DNA of 52,311 nucleotides, taken from positions 1 through 52,311 of IMG/VR virus record IMGVR_UViG_3300005532_000255; one strand, written 5' to 3'. Origin of the DNA: a virus (taxonomy: Duplodnaviria; Caudoviricetes). The notes beneath the pieces were generated by a model that saw only the letters and a list, made by a program, of their open reading frames with translations, searched no databases and was not told the origin of the DNA. The position numbers and the translations under genes were made by a program. This document shows positions 27,952 to 36,732 of this stretch, piece by piece (within the stretch, counting starts at the first letter, position 1; every line of letters starts with the position of its first letter).

Positions 27952-28752
27952 ATGTACCGCACGCTACTGGTTCTGGCTTGCGCGCTGGCGCAAGTGGTTG
28001 CTCAGACTACAGCTGTTCTCCAAGACGGAACCCCGGTCCGACTACGGCTGAATCGCACTCTCTCTTCGGCGGATGCCAAAGTGGGAGACAACGTTGATTT
28101 TGAAGTGCTGGACGAAATCAAAGTCGGCGACGTAATCGTCATCGCTCGCGGCGCGACCGCATTGGGGACAGTGACCGAGGCCCAGGCGAAGAAGAGAATG
28201 GCGAGAGGCGGCAAGCTGAATGTCAACATCGATCACGTCCGACTCGTGAATAACGAAAAAGTTGCACTCCGAGCAGTGAAGGAAACACAGGGTGGCGGCC
28301 ACACCGGCGCGATGACAGGAGCGATGGTCGCCACGGGCATCGTATTCTTCCCGGCCGCACCTCTATTTTTGTTCATGCACGGCAAGGACATCACAATTCC
28401 AAAGGGCACGGAGATCACGGCTTACGTCAATGGTGACGTGGAACTCGATCCAGAGAAGTTCCGGGTTGCGGCTACCGGGCAGCAGCCTCTCTCGGGGCAG
28501 ATCCCCATGCCCGTTCCCAATGCTGCGGGGGGCGTTTCCCTAGCATCTCTCAGCGTCACCTCGACACCACCCGGCGCTGAAATCGAGCTGAATGGCAAAT
28601 TTGCGGGCGACACTCCGTCAATACTGAAGGCCAATCCGGGTTCACACAAGCTGACCATCAAGCGAAGCGGATTCAAGACCTGGGAGCGAGAGTTGCAAGT
28701 TGAGGCGGGAGCTTCGATCAGTATAAATGCGGAATTGGAGAAGGCACAGTAG
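27952..28752 (+). CDS. Secreted PEGA-domain protein (moron)
   Basis: Signal peptide; C-terminal LSVTSTPPGAEIELNGKFAGDTP...GSHKLTIKRSGFKTW; TGGTACACT at 27864-27872; GGAGG RBS. Confidence 0.85.
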   Translation: MYRTLLVLACALAQVVAQTTAVLQDGTPVRLRLNRTLSSADAKVGDNVDFEVLDEIKVGDVIVIARGATALGTVTEAQAKKRMARGGKLNVNIDHVRLVNNEKVALRAVKETQGGGHTGAMTGAMVATGIVFFPAAPLFLFMHGKDITIPKGTEITAYVNGDVELDPEKFRVAATGQQPLSGQIPMPVPNAAGGVSLASLSVTSTPPGAEIELNGKFAGDTPSILKANPGSHKLTIKRSGFKTWERELQVEAGASISINAELEKAQ

Positions 28753-28788
28753 TACTACTAGGGAGCTAGACCGATCCTGCACTCTGCA

Positions 28789-29064
28789 CTATTGAACCTT
28801 CTCGAACCAGTACTGCTGGCCAAACGGTTTCTCGCGGGTCCGCAAGAGGAAATGCCTGCGCTCGTCGGTGTAGTCGGTCACGGATGGGTCCAGCACGTGG
28901 AACTTGCCAGCCGAGAATTCCTTGCCGACCGGGTTAGTTGGCTTCACGAAAGGGGGAGTCGGAGCAGGAGTCGGCTGGGGCTGCGGGTCCGGGTATGGTA
29001 GGCCGACACTCGGATCGCCGAACTGAAACCGATGCCGAAGCTCCGCCAGCAGCGTGGAGGGCAT
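28789..29064 (-). CDS. Hypothetical protein, Pro-rich linker
   Basis: Co-oriented ORF following the fibre-like gene. Confidence 0.6.
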   Translation of the reverse strand: MPSTLLAELRHRFQFGDPSVGLPYPDPQPQPTPAPTPPFVKPTNPVGKEFSAGKFHVLDPSVTDYTDERRHFLLRTREKPFGQQYWFEKVQ

Positions 29065-29077
29065 TTACTCACCGGAA

Positions 29078-30982
29078 CTATCTTTCGAAGGTGACTATTG
29101 GAGGCTGGTTCGCCGCGGCAGTCGTGACCGAACCGCAGGACGCCGGGAACGTGCCGGCGCTGCCGTTGTTTCCAGCCTGCGCGAATTTCTTGTTGGTTTG
29201 TTGGTTCAGTTGAGTAATCTGCTGCGATGGTATCGAGAACGAACGCAGCGTCAGCGTCGTGGAATCGGTCGTCATCGCCAGCCAGTACACGCCGGGGTTC
29301 AGCGTTGCCGGACCGCCCGATATGGTTTTCGTGTAGACACCGGCGGTGTTGATGTCCGGTGTGCCGCCGGCCGTCATCACGCCGCTGTTGACCACCAGCG
29401 TTGTGCAGGACGCGTCCCAAATACCCAGGCCGAGGCTCTTCCCTACGCCTGAGATGGCCACGACCTCGAAGCTCAGTTGATTGATGGTGACCCGCCAGGG
29501 CAGCACGAATTGCCACAGGCGCATGACGTTCGCCGTGAAAAGGCTCGTGGCGCCGGAGCTCTGTGCGGGATAAATGCTGACGGCTACGAAGTAACCTTGG
29601 TCGGCCGTGGTGATCATGGTCGTGTTCTGGGCGGCCGGCAGATTGCCGCTGGTGATGTTGCCGGCGTTCGTCGTATCGGTAGAGCAGCTCGCGGCGGCGT
29701 TCGACAAATCACTACAGGCCGGCTGGGCGCTCGACACCGAACCGTCCGTGCCGATCTGTGTCAGAAACTGATGTGTAATCGAGACCTTCGATTTAACGCC
29801 GCCGAGAGTGCTGCTTGTCGGCATCGGCAGCCAGGCGGAATCGAGAGTGCCGCCCGACGTGCTCTTGGGGATCGCGTTGGGGGCGGCTGTCGCCGTGGCC
29901 ACTTCATCTGAGCCGCCGTCCTTGTGCGTGCCGGCGTGCGCGGTCGGTGCCCGGGCATTCGTGTTGCGCGGGTCGCCATCGGTAACATATTTGTTACCGC
30001 CGCCTGGAGTCCCGGATGTTCCAGCCAGTGCCGCCTTCTCGCCGGCGCTTGGTAGATTCGCTCCATCGGCAAGAGCGGAGGTAAGCACGCTCCCGGCGCT
30101 CAGGCCGGCGCCGCTCCCGAAAAACGTCAGCGCCTGGAATTCCGCCAGATTGCCCGTGCCCGAGTTCCACACCTTGAAGCGGGACTTGTTGCCAGTGAAG
30201 CTGATCCAGTCATTCGCGCCGGAATTGCCGAACGTCAGCAGGTCGGTTGTAGCGCCATTGATGGTCTGCGCCTGGGTGAACGTGTTTGCCTCGTCCTTAT
30301 AAACCGTCTGGGGGTTTTGGCGGCCTTTGGCCAGCGTGCCAGTCCAGCCCAGAGTGTGGACATCCTGAGCGCTGGAGATAATGACATTGGTGTCGTTGGC
30401 GAAGCTTTGCACGCCACCCGTCTGCCCATTCAGCGAGGTGATGCCGCTGCCACCCGGCGCTGCCCACCTGACGCCGAGGGGCTGACTTGAATCTGCGGTG
30501 AGAAGCTGGCCGTCTGCGCCGGGCGCCAGGCGAGACCAGGCCGTTCCGAAGGCAATCAAGCTGCCCTTGATAGCCCCGAGGCCGCTCAACTGTGAGAGGG
30601 CGACAGTCAATGCCGGGGTCGGCACCGTCGAGACAGCTACGTCCTTGATCTTGAGCGTGTTCGCGGAGGTGGGCACCACCCAATACTGCAGATACGTTGC
30701 CCTGGTGAGGTAGAAGCGCACCTGGTAGCTGGTGCCAGCGGGCGTGGCCGTATCGTTTGGCTCGAGCGTCACGTCAACAACGCCGTTTGTGATCGTGAGC
30801 GTCTGCTTGCTGGCGCCGATCGGCTCGTTGCCGGTGGTGATAAGCGGCGTAAACAGGGTGATGTCGGCCGCGCCGCCGGCGAGCGAGCCGTCCGGGTACT
30901 TAAGCGTGTCCAGTATGCGGGTGCCTGCCGCTTGCAGCTCGAGACAGAGCAGCAAGACCAGAATCGGGATTCGATGGCTCAT
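29078..30982 (-). CDS. Tail fibre-like protein
   Basis: Gly/Thr/Ser-rich; VTLEPND..TPAGTSY N-domain, GADGQLLTADS..LGVRW and ITSLNGQTG fibre motifs; signal-like N-terminus. Confidence 0.65.
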   Translation of the reverse strand: MSHRIPILVLLLCLELQAAGTRILDTLKYPDGSLAGGAADITLFTPLITTGNEPIGASKQTLTITNGVVDVTLEPNDTATPAGTSYQVRFYLTRATYLQYWVVPTSANTLKIKDVAVSTVPTPALTVALSQLSGLGAIKGSLIAFGTAWSRLAPGADGQLLTADSSQPLGVRWAAPGGSGITSLNGQTGGVQSFANDTNVIISSAQDVHTLGWTGTLAKGRQNPQTVYKDEANTFTQAQTINGATTDLLTFGNSGANDWISFTGNKSRFKVWNSGTGNLAEFQALTFFGSGAGLSAGSVLTSALADGANLPSAGEKAALAGTSGTPGGGNKYVTDGDPRNTNARAPTAHAGTHKDGGSDEVATATAAPNAIPKSTSGGTLDSAWLPMPTSSTLGGVKSKVSITHQFLTQIGTDGSVSSAQPACSDLSNAAASCSTDTTNAGNITSGNLPAAQNTTMITTADQGYFVAVSIYPAQSSGATSLFTANVMRLWQFVLPWRVTINQLSFEVVAISGVGKSLGLGIWDASCTTLVVNSGVMTAGGTPDINTAGVYTKTISGGPATLNPGVYWLAMTTDSTTLTLRSFSIPSQQITQLNQQTNKKFAQAGNNGSAGTFPASCGSVTTAAANQPPIVTFER

Positions 30983-31317
30983 TTTCGATTCAGCCGCTCG
31001 CGTTCCCAGTTTTCGCGTTCGGCGTGGAGAATTTGGAGCGCGCGAAAATCGTCAGCGTCCACGTCATCAAGCGTCATGGTGAAACCGGCTCGCAGAGCGA
31101 AATCCAAGTCAACTACTCGATGGAGGCTTTCGCCCACAGGGCTTGCCAGCGCAGCCTCCAGCCTCGTCCGCGGGCATTGCTCGCACCGCGTATGGTCATC
31201 GGGCGCTTCGGGGCAGAGCTTCGGCCCCGAACATAGTTCGTCCTTGCGGAGCGCCTGATGGATGAGAAATTGGAGCGTCGGGTTGTCCGGCCACTCGGCC
31301 GGACCTAGGAGTTTCCC
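30979..31317 (-). CDS. Tail assembly chaperone, frameshift extension (gpGT-like)
   Basis: -1 frame after GGGAAAC: GKLLGPAEWPDNPTLQFLIH...ERERLNRK. Confidence 0.75.
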   Translation of the reverse strand, partial: GKLLGPAEWPDNPTLQFLIHQALRKDELCSGPKLCPEAPDDHTRCEQCPRTRLEAALASPVGESLHRVVDLDFALRAGFTMTLDDVDADDFRALQILHAERENWERERLNRK

Positions 31318-31925
31318 AGGTCTTCCTCTTCGGCGCGCAGGGCCTGGAGCAGCTCGGCAACAACCGCCGCCTTGTGGATGATTGGGATACGGTCGCCGGC
31401 GTAGGCCTGCGCGCTTGTCGTTTCCTCGGCCGGCGGCTGCGCCATCAGCGCGTCGTACAACTCCCCAGATGGCCAGAGGTTGACCTTGATCTCCTGACGG
31501 CCGTGGCGGCCATCGATCACCCGGACGGCCGCCTTGCGGTAGTTGCTGACCTGCTTCTGGCTCGGCATCCGCAGGCAGTGAACCGCCTCGCAACCAGGAA
31601 CCGATAGCGGAATACGGAAGACGTTGCCGTCCCGCTCGGCCTCCCCAGCCTCTGCCTGCGCAAGACGTTGAATCGCCGCCGAGGCTTCGGCCTGGTCGAA
31701 TTCGGTTTCCTTGGAAACCAGAATCTTATCGAAAAGCTCGGCGTCGACCTCCTCGGCATTGGTGACCTGCGTTTCCGACGATCCGCGGCCCAAAGACCGG
31801 ATGACGGTCTTCTGTTTCGCCATCCGGTCCGACCACTCGGCATCGGAGGGCCAACGCAGGGTTGCGACTTTGTACCCTTCGGGCGAGGGAATCTTGACCG
31901 CAATTTCTCGGTTGATGTCGAACAT
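31305..31925 (-). CDS. Tail assembly chaperone (gpG-like)
   Basis: Follows tail tube; GGAGGGAG RBS; ends EEEDLGNS at a slippery site. Confidence 0.8.
   Translation of the reverse strand: MFDINREIAVKIPSPEGYKVATLRWPSDAEWSDRMAKQKTVIRSLGRGSSETQVTNAEEVDAELFDKILVSKETEFDQAEASAAIQRLAQAEAGEAERDGNVFRIPLSVPGCEAVHCLRMPSQKQVSNYRKAAVRVIDGRHGRQEIKVNLWPSGELYDALMAQPPAEETTSAQAYAGDRIPIIHKAAVVAELLQALRAEEEDLGNS
31311..31317 (-). other. Programmed -1 frameshift heptamer G GGA AAC
   Basis: X XXY YYZ pattern in frame, just before the chaperone stop. Confidence 0.8.
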
Positions 31926-31953
31926 GCTCCCTCCCTTGGGATCGAAAGTGTGG

Positions 31954-32964
31954 TTACTGAGCGATGCCATCCACCGGCGTCACGCAGACAGCGGAAACAA
32001 CGCCGTTGGTCGCGTTGTACTGCGGCTTGCCGGTGACCGACACCGTCACGATGCCATCGGTCTCGCCGACCTCGACGACGCTGAAGCCGACCTGCTGCCA
32101 GGTGACCGACAGGCTGTTATTGGCATCCTTCGTCAAGGTGACGACCGCTGTTCCCGTCGTCAGGTCGCGCATCTTCTGGAGCTCGGTGGAACCGTTAACG
32201 AAGCGAGCGACGAAGTTGAACAACGGAACGCGGTCGCCCACTTCGAGCCGTCCCTGAATCTGGAAGCCGTCCTGCTGGCCGCTGCCGGGAAAGAAGCCCT
32301 CCCGGAAGGCGTTGTCCCACCCCATCTCGAGCGACTCGAAGTTCTTGAGGCTGACGTAATCCACCCCCAGGATCGTGATCGCCGCAGAGTAGGCGTTCAG
32401 CAGGTTCTCGGCCGTCGCAGCCGGCAGGGTGATGCCGGACGGGTCGGTGATCGCGCCGGAGTGAGTGAACTCCACCGTCGCTTTGGCGTTGGCGCGACCG
32501 ACCCCCTTGGTGATATTGATCTTCCAGCTCTTGACGGCGCATCCGACCAGCATGCGGTCAAGCACACGGGCCGCGCCCGGCCGGATCTGCTCGATGTAGG
32601 AGAAATAGGGCAGTTCCAGGCCGTCGGTCACCGGATTGAGCGGCGTGCATGTATAGGTGTAGGGGCCGGCGCCGGTTTTGACGACCTTGCCGAGGCCGAA
32701 GGCCCACAGCCAGGCCGCAAACTCGCTCGACAGGTATTTCTCCAGTTGGTGGGCCGCCGAATCGACATGAGACTTGAACAGTTGCGTCGCAAACTCATGG
32801 CCCTTGCCCAGCTCGGCCGCATCATCCTCGGCCATGAACTTCGGATTCGCAAGCTGAACGTTGAGCTTGTTGAGGCGCCAGATGTCGCTCGTGACGTTGG
32901 CCGTGGAAATATCGGCTTGCTTCTTCTTGCCGAAGCCGATCAGTAGCTCTCGGATGTTTGCCAT
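31954..32964 (-). CDS. Major tail tube protein
   Basis: 336 aa, beta-rich, between tail terminator and chaperone. Confidence 0.8.
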   Translation of the reverse strand: MANIRELLIGFGKKKQADISTANVTSDIWRLNKLNVQLANPKFMAEDDAAELGKGHEFATQLFKSHVDSAAHQLEKYLSSEFAAWLWAFGLGKVVKTGAGPYTYTCTPLNPVTDGLELPYFSYIEQIRPGAARVLDRMLVGCAVKSWKINITKGVGRANAKATVEFTHSGAITDPSGITLPAATAENLLNAYSAAITILGVDYVSLKNFESLEMGWDNAFREGFFPGSGQQDGFQIQGRLEVGDRVPLFNFVARFVNGSTELQKMRDLTTGTAVVTLTKDANNSLSVTWQQVGFSVVEVGETDGIVTVSVTGKPQYNATNGVVSAVCVTPVDGIAQ

Positions 32965-32967
32965 CGG

Positions 32968-33129
32968 TTAGTTTTCCTCTTCGCGGTCCGGCTGTTGCGG
33001 CGGCTCGCACTGGCTCCACCCGGCAACCATCAGGGGAACCAACTGCGCCGGGTCCGCCGGGACTTCTTTGGGCGGCCCGCCGTCTGGCGGCCGCATCCAC
33101 GTTGTTTCCCTCTGCTGTTTTTCCAGCAT
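32968..33129 (-). CDS. Small hypothetical protein (53 aa)
   Basis: Below track cutoff: MLEKQQRETTWMRPPDGGPPKEVPADPAQLVPLMVAGWSQCEPP...; TGATG coupling; exactly fills the gap. Confidence 0.6.
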   Translation of the reverse strand: MLEKQQRETTWMRPPDGGPPKEVPADPAQLVPLMVAGWSQCEPPQQPDREEEN

Positions 33130-33602
33130 CAGTCGTCTCCGATCTCCGTGAAGCTCGTAGTCAGCTCGAAGAAATCCACGCCCTCAACATCGGGAGTCCT
33201 GCGGATCGTGGGCACATCCATGGGATAGAACGAGTCGTGGACTGCGTAATCGGCGAGGGTCTGGCCGGCGCTGTTCTGGCCCTTCCAGATCGCCCGGAGA
33301 ATCCGGTAGAAGGAGCTCGCGTTGCCGTTCAGATCATTCGAGTCGTCGGCGCGGACGTAGATCGACACATGGTGCTTCCAAACCTCGGCCTGGCCAAAGT
33401 TGCCGGGCGCCATCTCCTGCCAGGCGACCATCACCGATCGCGCCGGCATGCGGTAGATGGCGCGATCCAGGCTGACGGCCTCCGCCGGCATGTCCTTGTA
33501 TCCGTAGATCCGCTCGGGATCGCCGCCAACCTCGGCTACAAGGTCAGGGATGGTGCGCAGGGCCGACACCACGGCATCAACGAGCGCGGCTGGATTGATC
33601 AT
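33129..33602 (-). CDS. Tail terminator / completion protein
   Basis: Size and position upstream of the tail tube. Confidence 0.6.
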   Translation of the reverse strand: MINPAALVDAVVSALRTIPDLVAEVGGDPERIYGYKDMPAEAVSLDRAIYRMPARSVMVAWQEMAPGNFGQAEVWKHHVSIYVRADDSNDLNGNASSFYRILRAIWKGQNSAGQTLADYAVHDSFYPMDVPTIRRTPDVEGVDFFELTTSFTEIGDD

Positions 33603-33611
33603 TCTTTCTCG

Positions 33612-34094
33612 CTACCCGATGAGGTTTCTCGCGTTCTCGGCGAAGATCTGTTTCGCCGCCTGCTTGACGGCGTCCTGGTTGCGCGGCGAGAACACAAGCC
33701 AAGGCTCGATGTTCTGGTTCGCCTGGGCTTTGATGCGATCTATCCGCGTGCTGAGTCCGGCGCGGGCTTCCTTCTCGCTCACCGTGCGGACCTGCAAGTT
33801 GTTGAGCATTTGGCCGGTGAAGGTCAGGTTCCGCGTGTTTCCCAGGCGCAGCATGGACTTCCTGATCGCGTAGCGTCTCGTCAGGCCCTTGGCCGCAGCG
33901 TCCTCCGGCCCAAGACCGGCCTGAACACGTTGCTTGACCGCCGCCACGCCGACCGTCCCGAGCTTCAACATCTGGAATTGCTTGAAGCCTAGCCGATCGA
34001 CGACGATCTTTTTCTTCTGCCAGATGCGGACGCGCGGGTTGGTTGAACGAACCGATATTCCAGAGGCCCCAACCCTGGCAACAAAAGTTGGCAT
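33612..34094 (-). CDS. Neck / virion morphogenesis protein
   Basis: Basic; LTRRYAIRK...NLTFTGQML motif; position. Confidence 0.65.
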   Translation of the reverse strand: MPTFVARVGASGISVRSTNPRVRIWQKKKIVVDRLGFKQFQMLKLGTVGVAAVKQRVQAGLGPEDAAAKGLTRRYAIRKSMLRLGNTRNLTFTGQMLNNLQVRTVSEKEARAGLSTRIDRIKAQANQNIEPWLVFSPRNQDAVKQAAKQIFAENARNLIG

Positions 34095-34100
34095 CTCGAT

Positions 34101-34487
34101 TTACGTTCTCGACGCGTTCGCCACGATCGGCTCCACGAATTCAAAGTGCCCCATGTCTTTCTGTTTCCAGCGGCCGCCCCAGCGCAGGCCCAGGGATTCA
34201 CCGATGCGCCCGATGTCGTCCCACACAGGATCGGCGGCGTTCCATTGCAACTTGTGCGGGCCGCGGAGCTGAAACGACTCATAAGGGCAGATATCGATGG
34301 CCAATCCATCCAGGTGCTTGCTGTGCCTGGTCCAGGATACGCCCTTGGCCAGGTTCGCCTCATGCTCCTGTTCGGTTCGGAGCGTTTCGATGATCATCAC
34401 GGGAATGCCGGCCTCCACACACCGCGCCAGCAGCTCGACAGCGAGAGGCCGGAATCGCGGATCAAGATCGTTGAGCCGTCGGGTCAT
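34101..34487 (-). CDS. M15C-family L-Ala-D-Glu peptidase (endolysin)
   Basis: ETLRT.QE, SKHLDGLAID, GLRWGGRW..KDMGHFE. Confidence 0.9.
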   Translation of the reverse strand: MTRRLNDLDPRFRPLAVELLARCVEAGIPVMIIETLRTEQEHEANLAKGVSWTRHSKHLDGLAIDICPYESFQLRGPHKLQWNAADPVWDDIGRIGESLGLRWGGRWKQKDMGHFEFVEPIVANASRT

Positions 34488-34610
34488 TGGCAAAGAAGGA
34501 AGGCCGAGTGCGAATTTACAGGGACCCGCGCCAAGCCAGCTCGAATCGCTAGCATCGAAAGTGGCCACGAAAGGGGATCGTGATCCCGCCTGATAAAATA
34601 TAGTGAGAAT

Positions 34611-35441
34611 ATGCCGTTACCAGGTATCTGCAGGTTGTGCCGGCAGAAGGCCAACCTGCTAAAGAGTCACCTAATCCCGAGAGCCATTTATAAACGCATC
34701 CGCCGCTCGAATGGTGCGGACAACAGGATCGTCCTGGTTTCTGGCGGGGTCGCCGCGTTCACTGATAAGCAAGTTCAGGATTACCTGCTGTGCGGCGCTT
34801 GCGAGGATCGTCTGGGACGCGTGGAAAACTGGGTGGTGAGCAACTGCCTTCAGGAGGATGGCAGCTTCCCATTCCGAGATGCCGTCTTCGCCGTTCCTCG
34901 CCACCCAGAGACGGACGACGTCGCATTGGGGGCCTATCTCAAGGGTGCAGAGCTAGAAACACTAGCCTATTTCGCAGCGAGTATGCTCTGGCGGGCCGCA
35001 GTCCACCGCTGGGGTCAGTTCGGGTCGGATGTGACAGTAGACTTGGGGCCATACGAGGAGAAATTCCGCCAGTATCTGCTCGGCAAGACTGGATTTCCCC
35101 CCGAAACCGTGTTGGGCATCTTTGTCGCCGGGAAAGCCAATTACCAGGATCAGTTTGCCACCGCGCCCGTACCCCTGGACGTAAAGGGCTACCATCAATA
35201 CACATTTGCGATTCCGGGCATCAAGTTCTCTATTCTCGTTGGCAAGACTCTGCCGGGGAATGTCCGCGCCGGATGCTCTCTGCGTTCTATTGAAGGATAC
35301 ATCTACATCGATGATCACCTGGACAGGCACGAACTGAAGTTCTTGATGGGGCGTGCACAAATAAGCGGAAAGCTTCTGGAACAGGCCAAATTGTACAAAA
35401 AGACACATGGCTTGTCAGGAAACGAAGCAAGCCTGAACTGA
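34611..35441 (+). CDS. HNH-like Zn-binding protein (moron)
   Basis: CRLC...KSHLIPR...LLCGACE; TGATAAAAT at 34591-34599. Confidence 0.65.
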   Translation: MPLPGICRLCRQKANLLKSHLIPRAIYKRIRRSNGADNRIVLVSGGVAAFTDKQVQDYLLCGACEDRLGRVENWVVSNCLQEDGSFPFRDAVFAVPRHPETDDVALGAYLKGAELETLAYFAASMLWRAAVHRWGQFGSDVTVDLGPYEEKFRQYLLGKTGFPPETVLGIFVAGKANYQDQFATAPVPLDVKGYHQYTFAIPGIKFSILVGKTLPGNVRAGCSLRSIEGYIYIDDHLDRHELKFLMGRAQISGKLLEQAKLYKKTHGLSGNEASLN

Positions 35442-35461
35442 GCCGATCGGACGATATCCCG

Positions 35462-35773
35462 TCAGATCTTGCGCAGCGTCAAATCCGCCCCGCCATGGCC
35501 ATCGTTGGCGATGTCGTAGACCTTGTAGTTGACGCCCTTCACCGTCACGGCGTCTCCCTTGGCGGGCGCGCCAGCAGGGAAATCAGACAACCGCACGAGC
35601 ATGATGATGTACGATCCTTCCGCCGCCGGTTCGAGCTCGCGCGGCGTCTGGCGCACGCCGGTGAGCGCGAACACCGCGCCGAGCGGCGGATTGGGCTGAT
35701 AGGTGACCTGCTCGCCGAAGGCGGCCAGACACCGGTCCAAAATCCCCGCGACCTGCGCGTTGAAATTAGACAT
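35462..35773 (-). CDS. Head-tail joining protein (gpFII-like)
   Basis: AFGEQVTY...PAKGDAVTV.G..Y.V....DGHG. Confidence 0.75.
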   Translation of the reverse strand: MSNFNAQVAGILDRCLAAFGEQVTYQPNPPLGAVFALTGVRQTPRELEPAAEGSYIIMLVRLSDFPAGAPAKGDAVTVKGVNYKVYDIANDGHGGADLTLRKI

Positions 35774-36024
35774 CAGATATACGTTCCGTCCGGGCAGCGT
35801 ACCGGATGTCCCGGCACGTAACTGCCATCCGGAGCTTTGGTGATTCGGCCTCGCCCGCCGACGTAACTTCCGTCTGGCGCCCGGCGCGGCTTGCCTGGCA
35901 CGTAGGTGCCGTCCGGCGCGCGCGTGATGGGGCCGCCGATCCCCACGTAAGTCTTATCCGGGGCCATGCGCGGATGACCGTTGACGAAACGGCCGTTGGG
36001 AGCTCGAACCGGCCGCTTGGGCAT
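35773..36024 (-). CDS. Repeat protein (six RAPDG[ST]YV units)
   Basis: Repeats conserved in protein, diverged at synonymous positions; GGAG RBS; TGATG coupling. Confidence 0.7.
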   Translation of the reverse strand: MPKRPVRAPNGRFVNGHPRMAPDKTYVGIGGPITRAPDGTYVPGKPRRAPDGSYVGGRGRITKAPDGSYVPGHPVRCPDGTYI

Positions 36025-36037
36025 CCCAGGGACGCTC

Positions 36038-36496
36038 CTATAGACTGATCACGCGGTACTTGATATGCACCTTTGCGGCGCCGGTGCCGGCCGCGAAGGC
36101 GGCCGTGGCGTTGGTGATGTCGATCCCCTCGTTGGCCGGCGCCACGAGGCCGCTCGAGCCCACGTTGGGTCCGAGTGCCACAAGCACCGTACCAGCCGCT
36201 CCGGTTACTACCGAGGCCAGAATGCTGCCGGCGTGCGGGATGCTGGTGGTGGTGATGTGGTACTGGAAGCTCACCGCGCCGCCGCCGGTAAAGGCAATCG
36301 AGCTGCGCATCATCTCGAAGACGATGCTCTCGACAATGATCGCCTTGCCGTTGCCCGGCGCCGGCAGGATCTGCACCGGCGCGGCGTTCATCCCGATGAT
36401 GTCAGCGGCCGCGAGACTCACCGTTGCGGCCCGGACGACGCCCGGCGAGTCGAGGCTCGGCGCGTAAACCGGCCGATACAGCTTGTCGATTCCCAT
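36038..36496 (-). CDS. Virion structural / head decoration-like protein
   Basis: AAGGAG RBS; Ala/Gly/Val beta-rich; downstream of capsid. Confidence 0.6.
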   Translation of the reverse strand: MGIDKLYRPVYAPSLDSPGVVRAATVSLAAADIIGMNAAPVQILPAPGNGKAIIVESIVFEMMRSSIAFTGGGAVSFQYHITTTSIPHAGSILASVVTGAAGTVLVALGPNVGSSGLVAPANEGIDITNATAAFAAGTGAAKVHIKYRVISL

Positions 36497-36707
36497 GTTG
36501 CTGTTTCTCCTTTTCTGGGACCTGTTCCGCCAGGCCGATCCGCCGCTGCTCATAGAGCTGCCGCAGCCTGGCGCGGTGGATAGTGCGAGGGACGGCCGCC
36601 CCGATCGGGAGAACTACGCCTGCGCAGAGCAGCGGCCGGTGGATGACGACAAAGTCAGGGATCATGCCGGCGGCGATCCGCGGCCAGGCAGGAGAGACGT
36701 CTCGCAT
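36402..36707 (-). CDS. Hypothetical protein after capsid
   Basis: GGAGG RBS, ATG 36707; RLRQLYEQRRI motif. Confidence 0.5.
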   Translation of the reverse strand: MRDVSPAWPRIAAGMIPDFVVIHRPLLCAGVVLPIGAAVPRTIHRARLRQLYEQRRIGLAEQVPEKEKQQHGNRQAVSAGLRAEPRLAGRRPGRNGESRGR

Positions 36708-36732
36708 CAGACCTCCGTGACTTGCTTGGTTG

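Noticed and set aside
11380-30982. Diversity-generating retroelement or invertible tail-fibre switch
   Set aside because: No reverse transcriptase, invertase, or TR/VR repeat pair noticed
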